Source: Actinomycetes bacterium
GTDB lineage: Bacteria; Actinomycetota; Thermoleophilia; Gaiellales; Gaiellaceae
Length of the DNA stretch: 31,120 nucleotides
Direction: 5' to 3'
Assembly (NCBI GenBank): GCA_031394165.1
Contig: JANMWV010000016.1
Location: forward strand, 1-31,120
Shown one piece after another: positions 1 through 7,660 of the stretch (positions are counted from its first letter, which is position 1; each line of letters begins with the position of its first letter). The notes below the pieces were generated by a model. The model was not told where the DNA came from, did no database searches, and saw nothing but the letters and a program-made list of their open reading frames with translations. A program made the translations under genes and the position numbers.

Positions 1-118
1 GATCGTAGAGCTCCTTCTTCTCGCGCACCTCTGCGAAGAGCCCGTTCGCCTCGTCCTCGGCGAAGACGTCGAGCTGGCGCGCGATCAGGTCGGCGCAGCG
101 GCGGCGCGTGTAGATCCT
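1..118 (-). CDS. Hypothetical protein, partial (runs off the window edge); start codon uncertain
   Basis: Open frame with GC-typical codons reading (R)IYTRRRCADLIARQLDVFAEDEANGLFAEVREKKELYD..., directly downstream of the glycosyltransferase. No ATG/GTG near its apparent 5' end (AGG at 118-116; CTG at 88-86). Confidence 0.45.
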
Positions 119-1173
119 GCGATCTCCTCGTAGATCGCAAGATGCGCGCGCGCCGCGGCGTCCCACGTCAGCTCCTCGCGCGCACGGTGCGCACCAGCAC
201 GCGCCTCCTCGAGCGCGGCGGGGTCGGTCAGGAGCTCGTGCACTGCCGCGGCGAGCGCCGCCACGTCGCCGGGCGCCACCACGCGCCCCGCGCCGAAGCG
301 GCGCACGGGCTCCGCGACGCCGCCGACGTCGTATGCAACCGCCGGGACTCCTGCGCCGAGTGCGCGCAACAGCGCGCCGCTCTGATCGAGCTCCGGCTTG
401 TACGGGAAGAGCGCAATCGTCGCGTCGCCGAATGCGCGGTCGACCTCGGCCGGCACCAGGTAGCCGAGCCGCCACTCGACGTCGAGCCCGGCGGCGGCGG
501 CGCGGTACGGCTCGAGTGGCTCGAGCGGGTCGCCGACGATGAGCAGGCGCGCATCGCCCGCGCGACGGACGGCCTCGATCGCATCGCTGAGTCCCTTGTA
601 CGGCCGGATGACGCCGAAGCAGAGGACGGTGCAGCCGTCGTCGGTGCGCGTCGGGTCGCTCGGGAAGACGGGATGAGGCACGACGCGCAACCGCGCGGCG
701 TCGACGCCGATGCCTTCCAGAGTGGCCCGGCCGTTCTCGCTGTGCACGACGACGCGGTCGAAGCGGCCGAGCAGCGTCCGCCACAGGCCGACGCGCTTCG
801 CCGTGCGTCGCGGCAGCAGGTCGTGCGCGGTGAAGACGGACGGCAGGTGCGGCCGGAAGAGGCGCGCGTCGAGTTGCGGTGCCGCGAGCCACTGGAGATG
901 CAGGACGTCGGCGCGACGGCGTCGCAACGCGGCGAGCCCGGCCGAATGCTCGGCCGCTTTCAGCGGCACGCGCAGGGGGGAGCGCTTGAAGAGCCGCGAC
1001 GACAGCGGATAGAAGAGCTCGGTGCGCGTGTAGCCGTCCGGCGCCGGCACCGGTCCGAAGCGGAAGCGCGACGTCACCAGCTCGACTTCGGCGCCCGCGC
1101 GCCCGAGCGCGGCCGCGAGCTCGTGGTCGTAGGTCGGCGTGAAGGCGGGCGGATCTGCGAGGAGCACGCGCAT
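85..1173 (-). CDS. Glycosyltransferase family 4 (GT-B fold)
   Basis: 3' part of ORF 85..1923. Real start ATG at 1173 (MRVLLADPPAFTPTYDHELAAALGRAG). GT4-like segments: VFTAHDLLP, CFGVIRPYKG, LFPYKPELDQSGALLRALGAGVPAVAYDVGG. Confidence 0.88.
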   Translation of the reverse strand: MRVLLADPPAFTPTYDHELAAALGRAGAEVELVTSRFRFGPVPAPDGYTRTELFYPLSSRLFKRSPLRVPLKAAEHSAGLAALRRRRADVLHLQWLAAPQLDARLFRPHLPSVFTAHDLLPRRTAKRVGLWRTLLGRFDRVVVHSENGRATLEGIGVDAARLRVVPHPVFPSDPTRTDDGCTVLCFGVIRPYKGLSDAIEAVRRAGDARLLIVGDPLEPLEPYRAAAAGLDVEWRLGYLVPAEVDRAFGDATIALFPYKPELDQSGALLRALGAGVPAVAYDVGGVAEPVRRFGAGRVVAPGDVAALAAAVHELLTDPAALEEARAGAHRAREELTWDAAARAHLAIYEEIAGSTRAAAAPT

Positions 1174-1182
1174 CTGCAGCCG

Positions 1183-1189
1183 TAGGCTA
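1183..1189. promoter_or_regulatory. Putative overlapping bidirectional -10 elements (TAGGCT on +, TAGCCT on -)
   Basis: TAGGCT at 1183-1188 lies 6 nt before GTG 1195. Its minus-strand partner (complement of 1184-1189) lies 10 nt before ATG 1173. No Shine-Dalgarno in the 21-nt spacer. Confidence 0.55.
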
Positions 1190-1194
1190 CGCCC

Positions 1195-1908
1195 GTGCCC
1201 CTCCTCGTCCGTACGTGGAACCTCTTCCACGGCAATGCCGTCCCGCCCGGGCGCCGCGCGTATCTCGAGGCGATGGTTCGGCTCGCAACCGCCGACGAGC
1301 CCGACGTGGTGTGTCTCCAGGAGGTTCCGCTGTGGGCGCTCGAGCGCCTCGGCGACTGGAGCGGCATGTCGGCGGCCGTGGCCGTCGCCAGGCGGCCGCT
1401 GCTCGGCAGCGCCGCGCTCGGCGCCGTGCTGACGGACGTTCATCACGGTCTGCTGCGCTCGGCGCTCACCGGCCAGGCGAACGCGATCCTCGTCCGGCGC
1501 GGGGTGGGCGTGCAGGACGAAGAGCTGCGGCAGATCAGCGGTCGCGGCGAGGGCGAGCGCCGCGTCTGCCAGGCGCTGCGCATCGCGGAGGCCGGCGTAG
1601 TCGGCAATTTCCACACCACGGCCGCTCACGCCGACGAGCAGTTCCGGCGCGCCGCGGCGTTCGTCGAGGAGCTCGCGGCGGGCGACGAACCGGTGATCCT
1701 CTGCGGCGACACGAATGTCTTGCCGGTAGACGGGCGCACCTATGACGAGCTGCGTGAGCGCGCGTACTCGGAGCCGGGTCACGGAATCGACCAGATCCTC
1801 GTACGCGGTGCGCCGTCGACGCCGGCCGTCGCGTGGCCCGAGGAGCGCCGCCGCGTCGACGGCTGCCTCCTCTCGGATCACGCACCGGTAGAACTCCACG
1901 TCGGATGA
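1195..1908 (+). CDS. Endonuclease/exonuclease/phosphatase (EEP) family protein
   Basis: Motifs TWNL, CLQEV, GNFH, LCGDTN, IDQIL, SDHAPV. ATGA overlap with the next gene. Confidence 0.88.
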   Translation: MPLLVRTWNLFHGNAVPPGRRAYLEAMVRLATADEPDVVCLQEVPLWALERLGDWSGMSAAVAVARRPLLGSAALGAVLTDVHHGLLRSALTGQANAILVRRGVGVQDEELRQISGRGEGERRVCQALRIAEAGVVGNFHTTAAHADEQFRRAAAFVEELAAGDEPVILCGDTNVLPVDGRTYDELRERAYSEPGHGIDQILVRGAPSTPAVAWPEERRRVDGCLLSDHAPVELHVG

Positions 1909-2975
1909 CCTTCGAGGAGGCACGCGCCCAGTTCCCGGTGCTCGAGCGTTACGCGTATCTCAACGCGGGCACGAACGGGCCGGTGCCGAAGACGAGCGCC
2001 GACGCGATCATCGAGCAGACGCAGCTCGACCTCGCACGAGGCCGCAGCGGCACCGCATGGATCGAGCGCCTCTTGGCCCTGCGCGAGGAGGCGAGGCTCG
2101 GCCTCGCAGCGGTGATCGGCGCCGAGCCGTCGCTCGTCGCGCTCACGGACTCGACGTCGCGCGGTTGCTCGATCGTGCTCTCCGGTCTCGGGCTCGGCCC
2201 CGACGACGAAGTCGTGATAACCGACCAGGAGCACTTCGGGCTGACGGCGGCGGTACACGCGTCGGGTGTTCGCGTGGTGATTGCACGGGAGGCGACCGAA
2301 GACGGAATCCTCGCCGCGATCTCGCCGCGCACTCGTTTGGTCGCGACCTCGCAGGTGCTCTGGACGACGGGACACCGCCTCGACCTCGAGCGGATCCGCG
2401 AGGACGGCGGTGTGCCGGTGCTCGCCGACGGCGCACAGTCCGCGGGCGCGATTCCCGTCACGGCGGGCGACCTCGACTTCTACACGGTGTCGGCGCAGAA
2501 GTGGCTATGCGCGCCCGAGCCGAGCGGCGCGCTCTTCGTGCGCGATCCCGAGCGGCTGCAGATCGCTGCGCCCGGGTATCTCTCGCAGACGTCCTACGAG
2601 CCGACGGGCGCGTTCGTACCGAAGGACGGCGCGCTGCGCTTCGACTCGGGCTGGCTCGCAACGCCGGTGCTGCGCGGCCTCATCGCTGCGCTTGCAGTAC
2701 ATCCCGAGTGGCGATACGGGCGCGCGACCGAGCAGGCCGCGCGCTGCAGCGAGCTGCTCGCGGAGCGCGTCGAGGTCGTGACGCCGCCCGGCCACTCGAC
2801 GCTCGTGTCGTTTCGTCCCAACGGAGATCCAACAGAGCTCGTCGCGCAACTCGACGAGCAGGGAGTGATCGTGCGCGAGCTTCCGGGACGGAATCTCGAG
2901 CGTGTGTCGTGCGGCTGGTGGACGAGCGAGGACGACCTGCAGCGTCTCGCCGCCGGCGTCGCTGCCGCCGGCTGA
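1905..2975 (+). CDS. Aminotransferase class V, PLP-dependent (C-S lyase / EgtE-CefD-like)
   Basis: YLNAGTNGP, DQEH, ADGAQSAG, SAQKWLCAPEPSG (PLP lysine). Lacks the C-terminal RxGxHC motif of Csd/SufS desulfurases. ATG at 1905 in an ATGA overlap. Confidence 0.82.
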   Translation: MTFEEARAQFPVLERYAYLNAGTNGPVPKTSADAIIEQTQLDLARGRSGTAWIERLLALREEARLGLAAVIGAEPSLVALTDSTSRGCSIVLSGLGLGPDDEVVITDQEHFGLTAAVHASGVRVVIAREATEDGILAAISPRTRLVATSQVLWTTGHRLDLERIREDGGVPVLADGAQSAGAIPVTAGDLDFYTVSAQKWLCAPEPSGALFVRDPERLQIAAPGYLSQTSYEPTGAFVPKDGALRFDSGWLATPVLRGLIAALAVHPEWRYGRATEQAARCSELLAERVEVVTPPGHSTLVSFRPNGDPTELVAQLDEQGVIVRELPGRNLERVSCGWWTSEDDLQRLAAGVAAAG

Positions 2976-2976
2976 G

Positions 2977-3537
2977 CTACGCGGGCAGGCCGAGCTCGGC
3001 CGAGATCGGCCGGAGCGCCTCGACGACGGTGCGAATGTGGTCGTCGAGCTCGACACCCAGCTCCTCGGCGCCCTTGAAGACATCCTCACGGTGGACGCCC
3101 GCGGCGAACGACGGCTGCTTGAGCTTCTTGCGTACCGACTTCGGCTCGAGGCCCTCGAGCCCGGTCGGCCGCACGAGCGCGCACGCGTGCACGAAACCCG
3201 AGAGCTCGTCGCACGCGAAGAGCACCTTCTTCAGCGGCGTGTCGCGCGGCAGCCCGAGATGCTCGGCGTGCGAGAGGACAGTGTCGATGACCTCTTCCGG
3301 ATACCCCTCGTCACGCAGGATCGGCGCACCGTCCTGGGGATGCTTGTCGAGCGTCGGGTGCATCTCGTAGTCGAAGTCGTGCAGGAGCGCAGCCACCCGC
3401 CAGAGCTCCTCGTCGCCGCCGAGCTGACGGGCGTACGCGGCGGTCGACGCCTCGACGGCGAGGGCATGACGGCGCAGCGATTCGCTCTGCGTGTACTTCG
3501 TGAGCGTCTGCCACGCCTGGTCACGGGTCGGAGCCAT
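2977..3537 (-). CDS. HD/HDIG-domain metal-dependent phosphohydrolase
   Basis: 3' part of ORF 2977..4641, start ATG 3537 (MAPTRDQAW...). Motifs RRHALAVEA, LLHDFDYE, SHAEH, ACDELSGF. Confidence 0.85.
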   Translation of the reverse strand: MAPTRDQAWQTLTKYTQSESLRRHALAVEASTAAYARQLGGDEELWRVAALLHDFDYEMHPTLDKHPQDGAPILRDEGYPEEVIDTVLSHAEHLGLPRDTPLKKVLFACDELSGFVHACALVRPTGLEGLEPKSVRKKLKQPSFAAGVHREDVFKGAEELGVELDDHIRTVVEALRPISAELGLPA

Positions 3538-3545
3538 CGGCTGGC

Positions 3546-3552
3546 TAGCATA
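3546..3552. promoter_or_regulatory. Putative overlapping bidirectional -10 elements (TAGCAT on +, TATGCT on -)
   Basis: TAGCAT at 3546-3551 is 8 nt before the murA ATG. The minus-strand TATGCT (3552-3547) is 9 nt before the HD-gene ATG. The 22-nt spacer has no SD. Confidence 0.6.
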
Positions 3553-3559
3553 GTCCGCC

Positions 3560-4861
3560 ATGGCCGTCGCATCCGCCGTTGCCGATGCCTTCGTGATCGA
3601 GGGCCGTCGCCCGCTCAACGGTCGCATCCGGGCGGCCGGCAACAAGAACGGCGCCTTGCCGATCATCTGCGCGTCGCTGCTCGCGAGCGAGCCGGTGTCA
3701 TTGTCCAACGTGCCGCGGATCCGCGACGTCGACACGATGCTCGAGCTGCTCGCCGATCTCGGCGCCGAGGTGGGGTGGACCGGACCGAACGACGTCCGCC
3801 TCGACACGACGAACGTCGAGAAGTGGGCGCCCGACGAGGCGCTCTGCCGGCGCATTCGCGCGTCGTTCCTGCTCGCCGGGCCACTCCTCGCACGCTTCGG
3901 CAAGGCCACCATGCCGCCGCCCGGCGGTGACGTGATCGGCAGGCGAAGGCTCGACCCGCACATCCACGCATTCGCCGAGCTCGGCACGGCAATCGAGTTC
4001 GGCGAGCGGTATGCAATGACGACCGAGGGGCTGCGAGGCGCACGCGTCTTCCTCGACGAGGCGAGCGTCATGGCGACGGAGAACGCCGTGATGGCCGCCG
4101 TGCTCGCACACGGCGAGACGGTGCTGGGCAACGCCGCGTGCGAGCCGCACGTCCAGGACCTCTGCCGTTTTCTCGTCTCGATCGGGGCGAGCATCGACGG
4201 GATCGAGTCGAACGTGCTGCGCATCACCGGCGTTGAGCGACTCTCCGGCGGCGCCTGGGCGATCGGCCCCGACCACATCGAGGTCGGCAGCTTCATCGGC
4301 ATGGCGGCGATCACGGAGGGGGACGTCACCATCGAAGGCGTCCGGCCAAGCGATCTGATCTCCATCGTCCCCGCGCTCGCGAAGCTCGGCGTGCGTGTCG
4401 AGGTGGGCGACGACTCCGTGCACGTGCCGCTGCGCCAGTCGCTCGTCGTGCAGGACGACCTCGGCGGGATGATCCCGAAGATCGAGGACGGCCCCTGGCC
4501 GGCGTTCCCGTCGGACCTCACGTCGATCGCGGTGACGGTGGCGACGCAAGCGTTCGGGACGGTGCTCATGTTCGAGAAGATGTTCGAGAACCGCCTGTTC
4601 TTCGCCGACAAGCTCGTGTCGATGGGCGCACGGATCATCATCTGCGACCCGCACCGCGCAGTCGTGACAGGACCGACACAGCTGCTCGGTCAGCGGATGG
4701 AGAGCCCGGACATCCGCGCCGGCATGGCGATGCTGCTCGCTGCGCTCACCGCCGAAGGGCAGTCGACGATCGGAGCGGCACACCAGATCGACAAGGGGTA
4801 CGAACGCATCGACGAGCGCCTCCGCGCGCTCGGCGCGTCGATCGAGCGCGTCGACGTCTAG
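3560..4861 (+). CDS. murA: UDP-N-acetylglucosamine 1-carboxyvinyltransferase (Cys->Asp active-site variant)
   Basis: GNKNGALP, RIRASFLLAGPLL, PGGDVIGRRRLDPH, SVMATEN, ACEPH, PWPAFPSD, FENR, DIRAG, KGYE. Confidence 0.95.
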   Translation: MAVASAVADAFVIEGRRPLNGRIRAAGNKNGALPIICASLLASEPVSLSNVPRIRDVDTMLELLADLGAEVGWTGPNDVRLDTTNVEKWAPDEALCRRIRASFLLAGPLLARFGKATMPPPGGDVIGRRRLDPHIHAFAELGTAIEFGERYAMTTEGLRGARVFLDEASVMATENAVMAAVLAHGETVLGNAACEPHVQDLCRFLVSIGASIDGIESNVLRITGVERLSGGAWAIGPDHIEVGSFIGMAAITEGDVTIEGVRPSDLISIVPALAKLGVRVEVGDDSVHVPLRQSLVVQDDLGGMIPKIEDGPWPAFPSDLTSIAVTVATQAFGTVLMFEKMFENRLFFADKLVSMGARIIICDPHRAVVTGPTQLLGQRMESPDIRAGMAMLLAALTAEGQSTIGAAHQIDKGYERIDERLRALGASIERVDV

Positions 4862-4872
4862 CGGCGAGCGCC

Positions 4873-6420
4873 CTAACGCCTCGAGCGCGCCGTGCCGAGC
4901 GAGACCGTCAGCGGCACCGACGTCGCGGTCGAGACACCCGAGGTGTCGAGGGCGGCGACCGAGAACGCATAGGAGTGGCCCCGCGCGAGCGTCACCGTCG
5001 TGCTCGTCTGCGGCGTTGCAGCCAGCACGCTCGTCGCCGGGCCCGAGTCGAGGCTCAAGGAGAGCGAGTACCGCACCGCGCTCCCGCTCCAGTTCAGCCG
5101 CAGCGTCGTGTGGACGCGGTTGCCCGACAGCAGGACACCCGGAGCCCGCGCCTGCGCCCGCGCGACGGCCGCGGCGGCGTCGACGATGCCGAAGCCGAGG
5201 TCCGGCGCCCAGCGTCCCGCGCCCGTGGCCGTCTCCTTCAGGATCTGCGCCACCTCCTGCGCCGTGAGCGACGGATTCGCCGCCCAGACGAGCGCAGCGG
5301 CGCCCGACACCTGCGGCGCGGCGAACGAGGTGCCGCTCGCGTATCCGTACTCGCCGCTCAGCGCACCGGGCAGCGGGCTGCGCGGATAGGCGGCGGAGGT
5401 CGCGAGCTGCGACACCGCGCCGAAGACGTTCTCGCCCGGGGCCGCCAGCGAGATCCAGGAGCCCGTGTTCGCAAACGACGCGCGCGCGCCCGCTGCAGTC
5501 GACGCCGTCACCGCGAGCCCGGATCCGCCGACGCCGTCCGAGCCGGCGGGCTGGAGAAGCGCGGCCGGATACTCGACCGGGTTTCCCTGCGCGAATTCGT
5601 TGCCGACGGCCGCCACGAGCAGCGCACCGCGCTGCACGGCGTACTGAATCGCACGCTTCTCCGTCACCGACGTGGTCGGGCCGCCGACGCTGAGGTTCAC
5701 GATCTTCGCCCCGTGATCGACCGCGTAGACGATGCCGGCAGCTTCGTCGACATCGGTGAAGACGCCGCTCGCGCTCCCCGACTTGACGACCAGCAGTTGG
5801 GCGTCGCCGCCCGCGCCGGCGATTCCGTCGGCATTCGTCACGGATCCCGCGGCGAGCGAGGCGACGAACGTGCCGTGACCGTTCACGTCGCGCACGTCGC
5901 CGGTGCCGGTGCGCGTGTTGTAGGCGTGCGGCGTCTTCGCGGCGATGTCCGGCGCCATGAGGTCGGCGCCCGTGTCGATGACAGCGATCTGCACCGACGC
6001 TGCCGCTCGCAGGACCGACGGCGCAACGGTGTCAGTCCGCGTGACGCGGTTCTGCCACTCCCAGACCGCGCGCGGCGTCAGCGACGCGAGCGTGACGCCG
6101 GGCTCGGCAACGGAACTGCGCGACACCTCGCGCTGGACGAAGCGGATACCCCGCGCGTGCCGCAGCCTCGCAGCGAGCGCGGGCGCCGTCGTCCGCACCT
6201 CGGCGACGCGCAGCGCGGGAAGCATTCGCACCACGACCGCAGGCTCGGTGCGAAGCGCCGTCTCGAGTGTCCGCTCGGATGCATAGCCGACGGCGAACCG
6301 CAGCGACGCGTGCCCCGGGTGAGCGCGCGCAGGACTGGTGCGGCCCGGCGGGGTCGCAACGGCGACTCCCCCCACGACGACCACGAGCACTGCCGCAGCT
6401 ACGCACCGCATACGTCCCAT
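4873..6420 (-). CDS. Secreted S8 (subtilisin-like) serine peptidase with a C-terminal Fn3-like beta domain
   Basis: Triad motifs AVIDTG, HGTFVASLAAG, GTSFAAPQVSG; oxyanion AAVGN. Hydrophobic N-terminus MGRMRCVAAAVLVVVVGGVAVA. Alternative start at 6411. Confidence 0.9.
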   Translation of the reverse strand: MGRMRCVAAAVLVVVVGGVAVATPPGRTSPARAHPGHASLRFAVGYASERTLETALRTEPAVVVRMLPALRVAEVRTTAPALAARLRHARGIRFVQREVSRSSVAEPGVTLASLTPRAVWEWQNRVTRTDTVAPSVLRAAASVQIAVIDTGADLMAPDIAAKTPHAYNTRTGTGDVRDVNGHGTFVASLAAGSVTNADGIAGAGGDAQLLVVKSGSASGVFTDVDEAAGIVYAVDHGAKIVNLSVGGPTTSVTEKRAIQYAVQRGALLVAAVGNEFAQGNPVEYPAALLQPAGSDGVGGSGLAVTASTAAGARASFANTGSWISLAAPGENVFGAVSQLATSAAYPRSPLPGALSGEYGYASGTSFAAPQVSGAAALVWAANPSLTAQEVAQILKETATGAGRWAPDLGFGIVDAAAAVARAQARAPGVLLSGNRVHTTLRLNWSGSAVRYSLSLSLDSGPATSVLAATPQTSTTVTLARGHSYAFSVAALDTSGVSTATSVPLTVSLGTARSRR

Positions 6421-6556
6421 CAGGGCCGAGGACTGACCGTACGCCCGGATCCCCCACCAGGGGAGGGCCGTTCGGCCTATCTTTGCAACCCGCAATCGCA
6501 CCCGGGAAACGGCGCCGGTCCGACTCCTGCGGGCTCCTGTAGCCTGCGCTTCGAGC

Positions 6557-7087
6557 ATGGGAGCACCCGAGCAGGCAGCCGGACGGAGCGGGATCCGCGT
6601 GGAGCTTCGCGGCAGCGGCTCCGCGACCGTCGAGACCGGCTTGCCGGTGCTCGACCGCCTGCTGGAGCGGCTCGTCGAGTACGCCCGCTTCGACGTCACC
6701 CTCGAGGTCGAGCCGGGCACCGCGGAGGCCGAGGTCTCCGAGGCGGGCAGCGCGCTGGGCCGCGCGCTCGCCGGCCCACTGCGCGAAGGCCGAGGCTACG
6801 GCTCGGCGATGATGACCTCGTCCGAGGCGCTCGCGAACGTCGTGCTCGAGACGTCCGAGGCACCGCTGCTCGTCTCGAACGTCGATCTGACGGAGGCGCG
6901 CATCGGTGGGCTCGGCACGGACGTCGCGCGCCGTTTTCTCGAGCGCTTCACCGAGGGCGCCGGCGTGACGTTGCACGTGCGGCTGTTGAACGGCAAGGAC
7001 ACCCAGCACGTGCTCGAGGCGATCTTCAAGGCGCTCGGCGTCGCACTGTTGCAGGCTTGTGAGAGCAAAGGAGACGAACGTGGCTGA
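6557..7087 (+). CDS. Imidazoleglycerol-phosphate dehydratase (HisB/IGPD)-like protein, degenerate metal ligands
   Basis: Fold-typical segments VETGLPVLDRLL, FDVTL, SALGRAL, GYG...EAL, LHVRLLNGKDTQHVLEAIFKALG. The canonical DHM, HHxxED and first H of NxHH are not conserved. Confidence 0.75.
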   Translation: MGAPEQAAGRSGIRVELRGSGSATVETGLPVLDRLLERLVEYARFDVTLEVEPGTAEAEVSEAGSALGRALAGPLREGRGYGSAMMTSSEALANVVLETSEAPLLVSNVDLTEARIGGLGTDVARRFLERFTEGAGVTLHVRLLNGKDTQHVLEAIFKALGVALLQACESKGDERG

Positions 7088-7469
7088 CAAGACCGTCGTG
7101 CGCACCGAAGCGGCGCCTGCGCCGTTCCAGGGAGCGCCGTATTCGCAGGCGATCCGCCTCGGCGACTTCGTCTTCGTGTCGGGCCAGCTGGCGCTGAAGC
7201 CCGGCGACAAGGAGCTTTCGGGCGGGACGATCGAAGAGCAGACGCAGCAGGTGTTCGCGAACCTCGCGGCGGTCCTCGCCGCGGCCGGGACGAGCCTCGA
7301 CAAGCTCGTGAAGACCACGGTCTTCCTCCAGAACCTCGACGACTTCCAGGGAATGAACTCGGTGTACGCAGCGCACGTCGGCGACCGGCCACCGGCGCGC
7401 TCGACGGTCGAGGTGGCGAAGTTGCCGTCCGGCGCGCTCGTCGAGATCGAAGCGATCGCGCATCTCTAG
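7080..7469 (+). CDS. ridA: RidA/YjgF/YER057c/UK114 family reactive-intermediate deaminase
   Basis: APYSQAI, FVSGQL, KTTVFL, MNSVY, PPARSTVEVAKLPSGALVEIEAIA (catalytic Arg present). GTG at 7080 preceded by the SD AAAGGAGA. Confidence 0.9.
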   Translation: MADKTVVRTEAAPAPFQGAPYSQAIRLGDFVFVSGQLALKPGDKELSGGTIEEQTQQVFANLAAVLAAAGTSLDKLVKTTVFLQNLDDFQGMNSVYAAHVGDRPPARSTVEVAKLPSGALVEIEAIAHL

Positions 7470-7481
7470 AACCCCGCCCCC

Positions 7482-7615
7482 AGACGGCTGAGACCACGAC
7501 AGTGCACGCCTGGATGGTGGCTCATGCACTGCGCCGTGCGGCCGATCCAGCCTCGGCAAGGCAAACCAGCCTTACCTTCGGCTGACTCGTCCACACGGCT
7601 TGGCCTGAGCCATCC
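7482..7615 (-). ncRNA. Candidate structured non-coding RNA (three-way junction), family unassigned
   Basis: Helices found by hand (plus coordinates): 7483-7496/7601-7614; 7533-7541/7591-7599; 7548-7552/7580-7584; 7555-7562/7569-7576; 7499-7510/7519-7532. Non-Watson-Crick positions are A-C on + and therefore G-U on -. Confidence 0.6.
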
Positions 7616-7648
7616 CCAGACGCACCCCGCCGCGGCCTCAACCATCTA

Positions 7649-7655
7649 GAGAATG
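7649..7655. promoter_or_regulatory. Putative bidirectional -10 (GAGAAT on + for cca; CATTCT on - toward the candidate RNA)
   Basis: GAGAAT at 7649-7654 is 6 nt before GTG 7661. Same 1-nt-offset geometry as at the other divergent pairs. Confidence 0.4.
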
Positions 7656-7660
7656 GGCAC

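Noticed and set aside
6421-6556. Short hairpins in the S8 protease / HisB-like spacer considered as a riboswitch (c-di-AMP or c-di-GMP)
   Set aside because: Only 4-bp stems (GGCC-GTTC-GGCC; CCCC-ACCA-GGGG) and no recognisable aptamer consensus.
7560-7567. GGCAAACC on the plus strand, resembling the c-di-GMP-I riboswitch motif, upstream of cca
   Set aside because: No downstream GNRA tetraloop/receptor or GACGCAAAG-type segment, and the wobble pattern favours a minus-strand structure.
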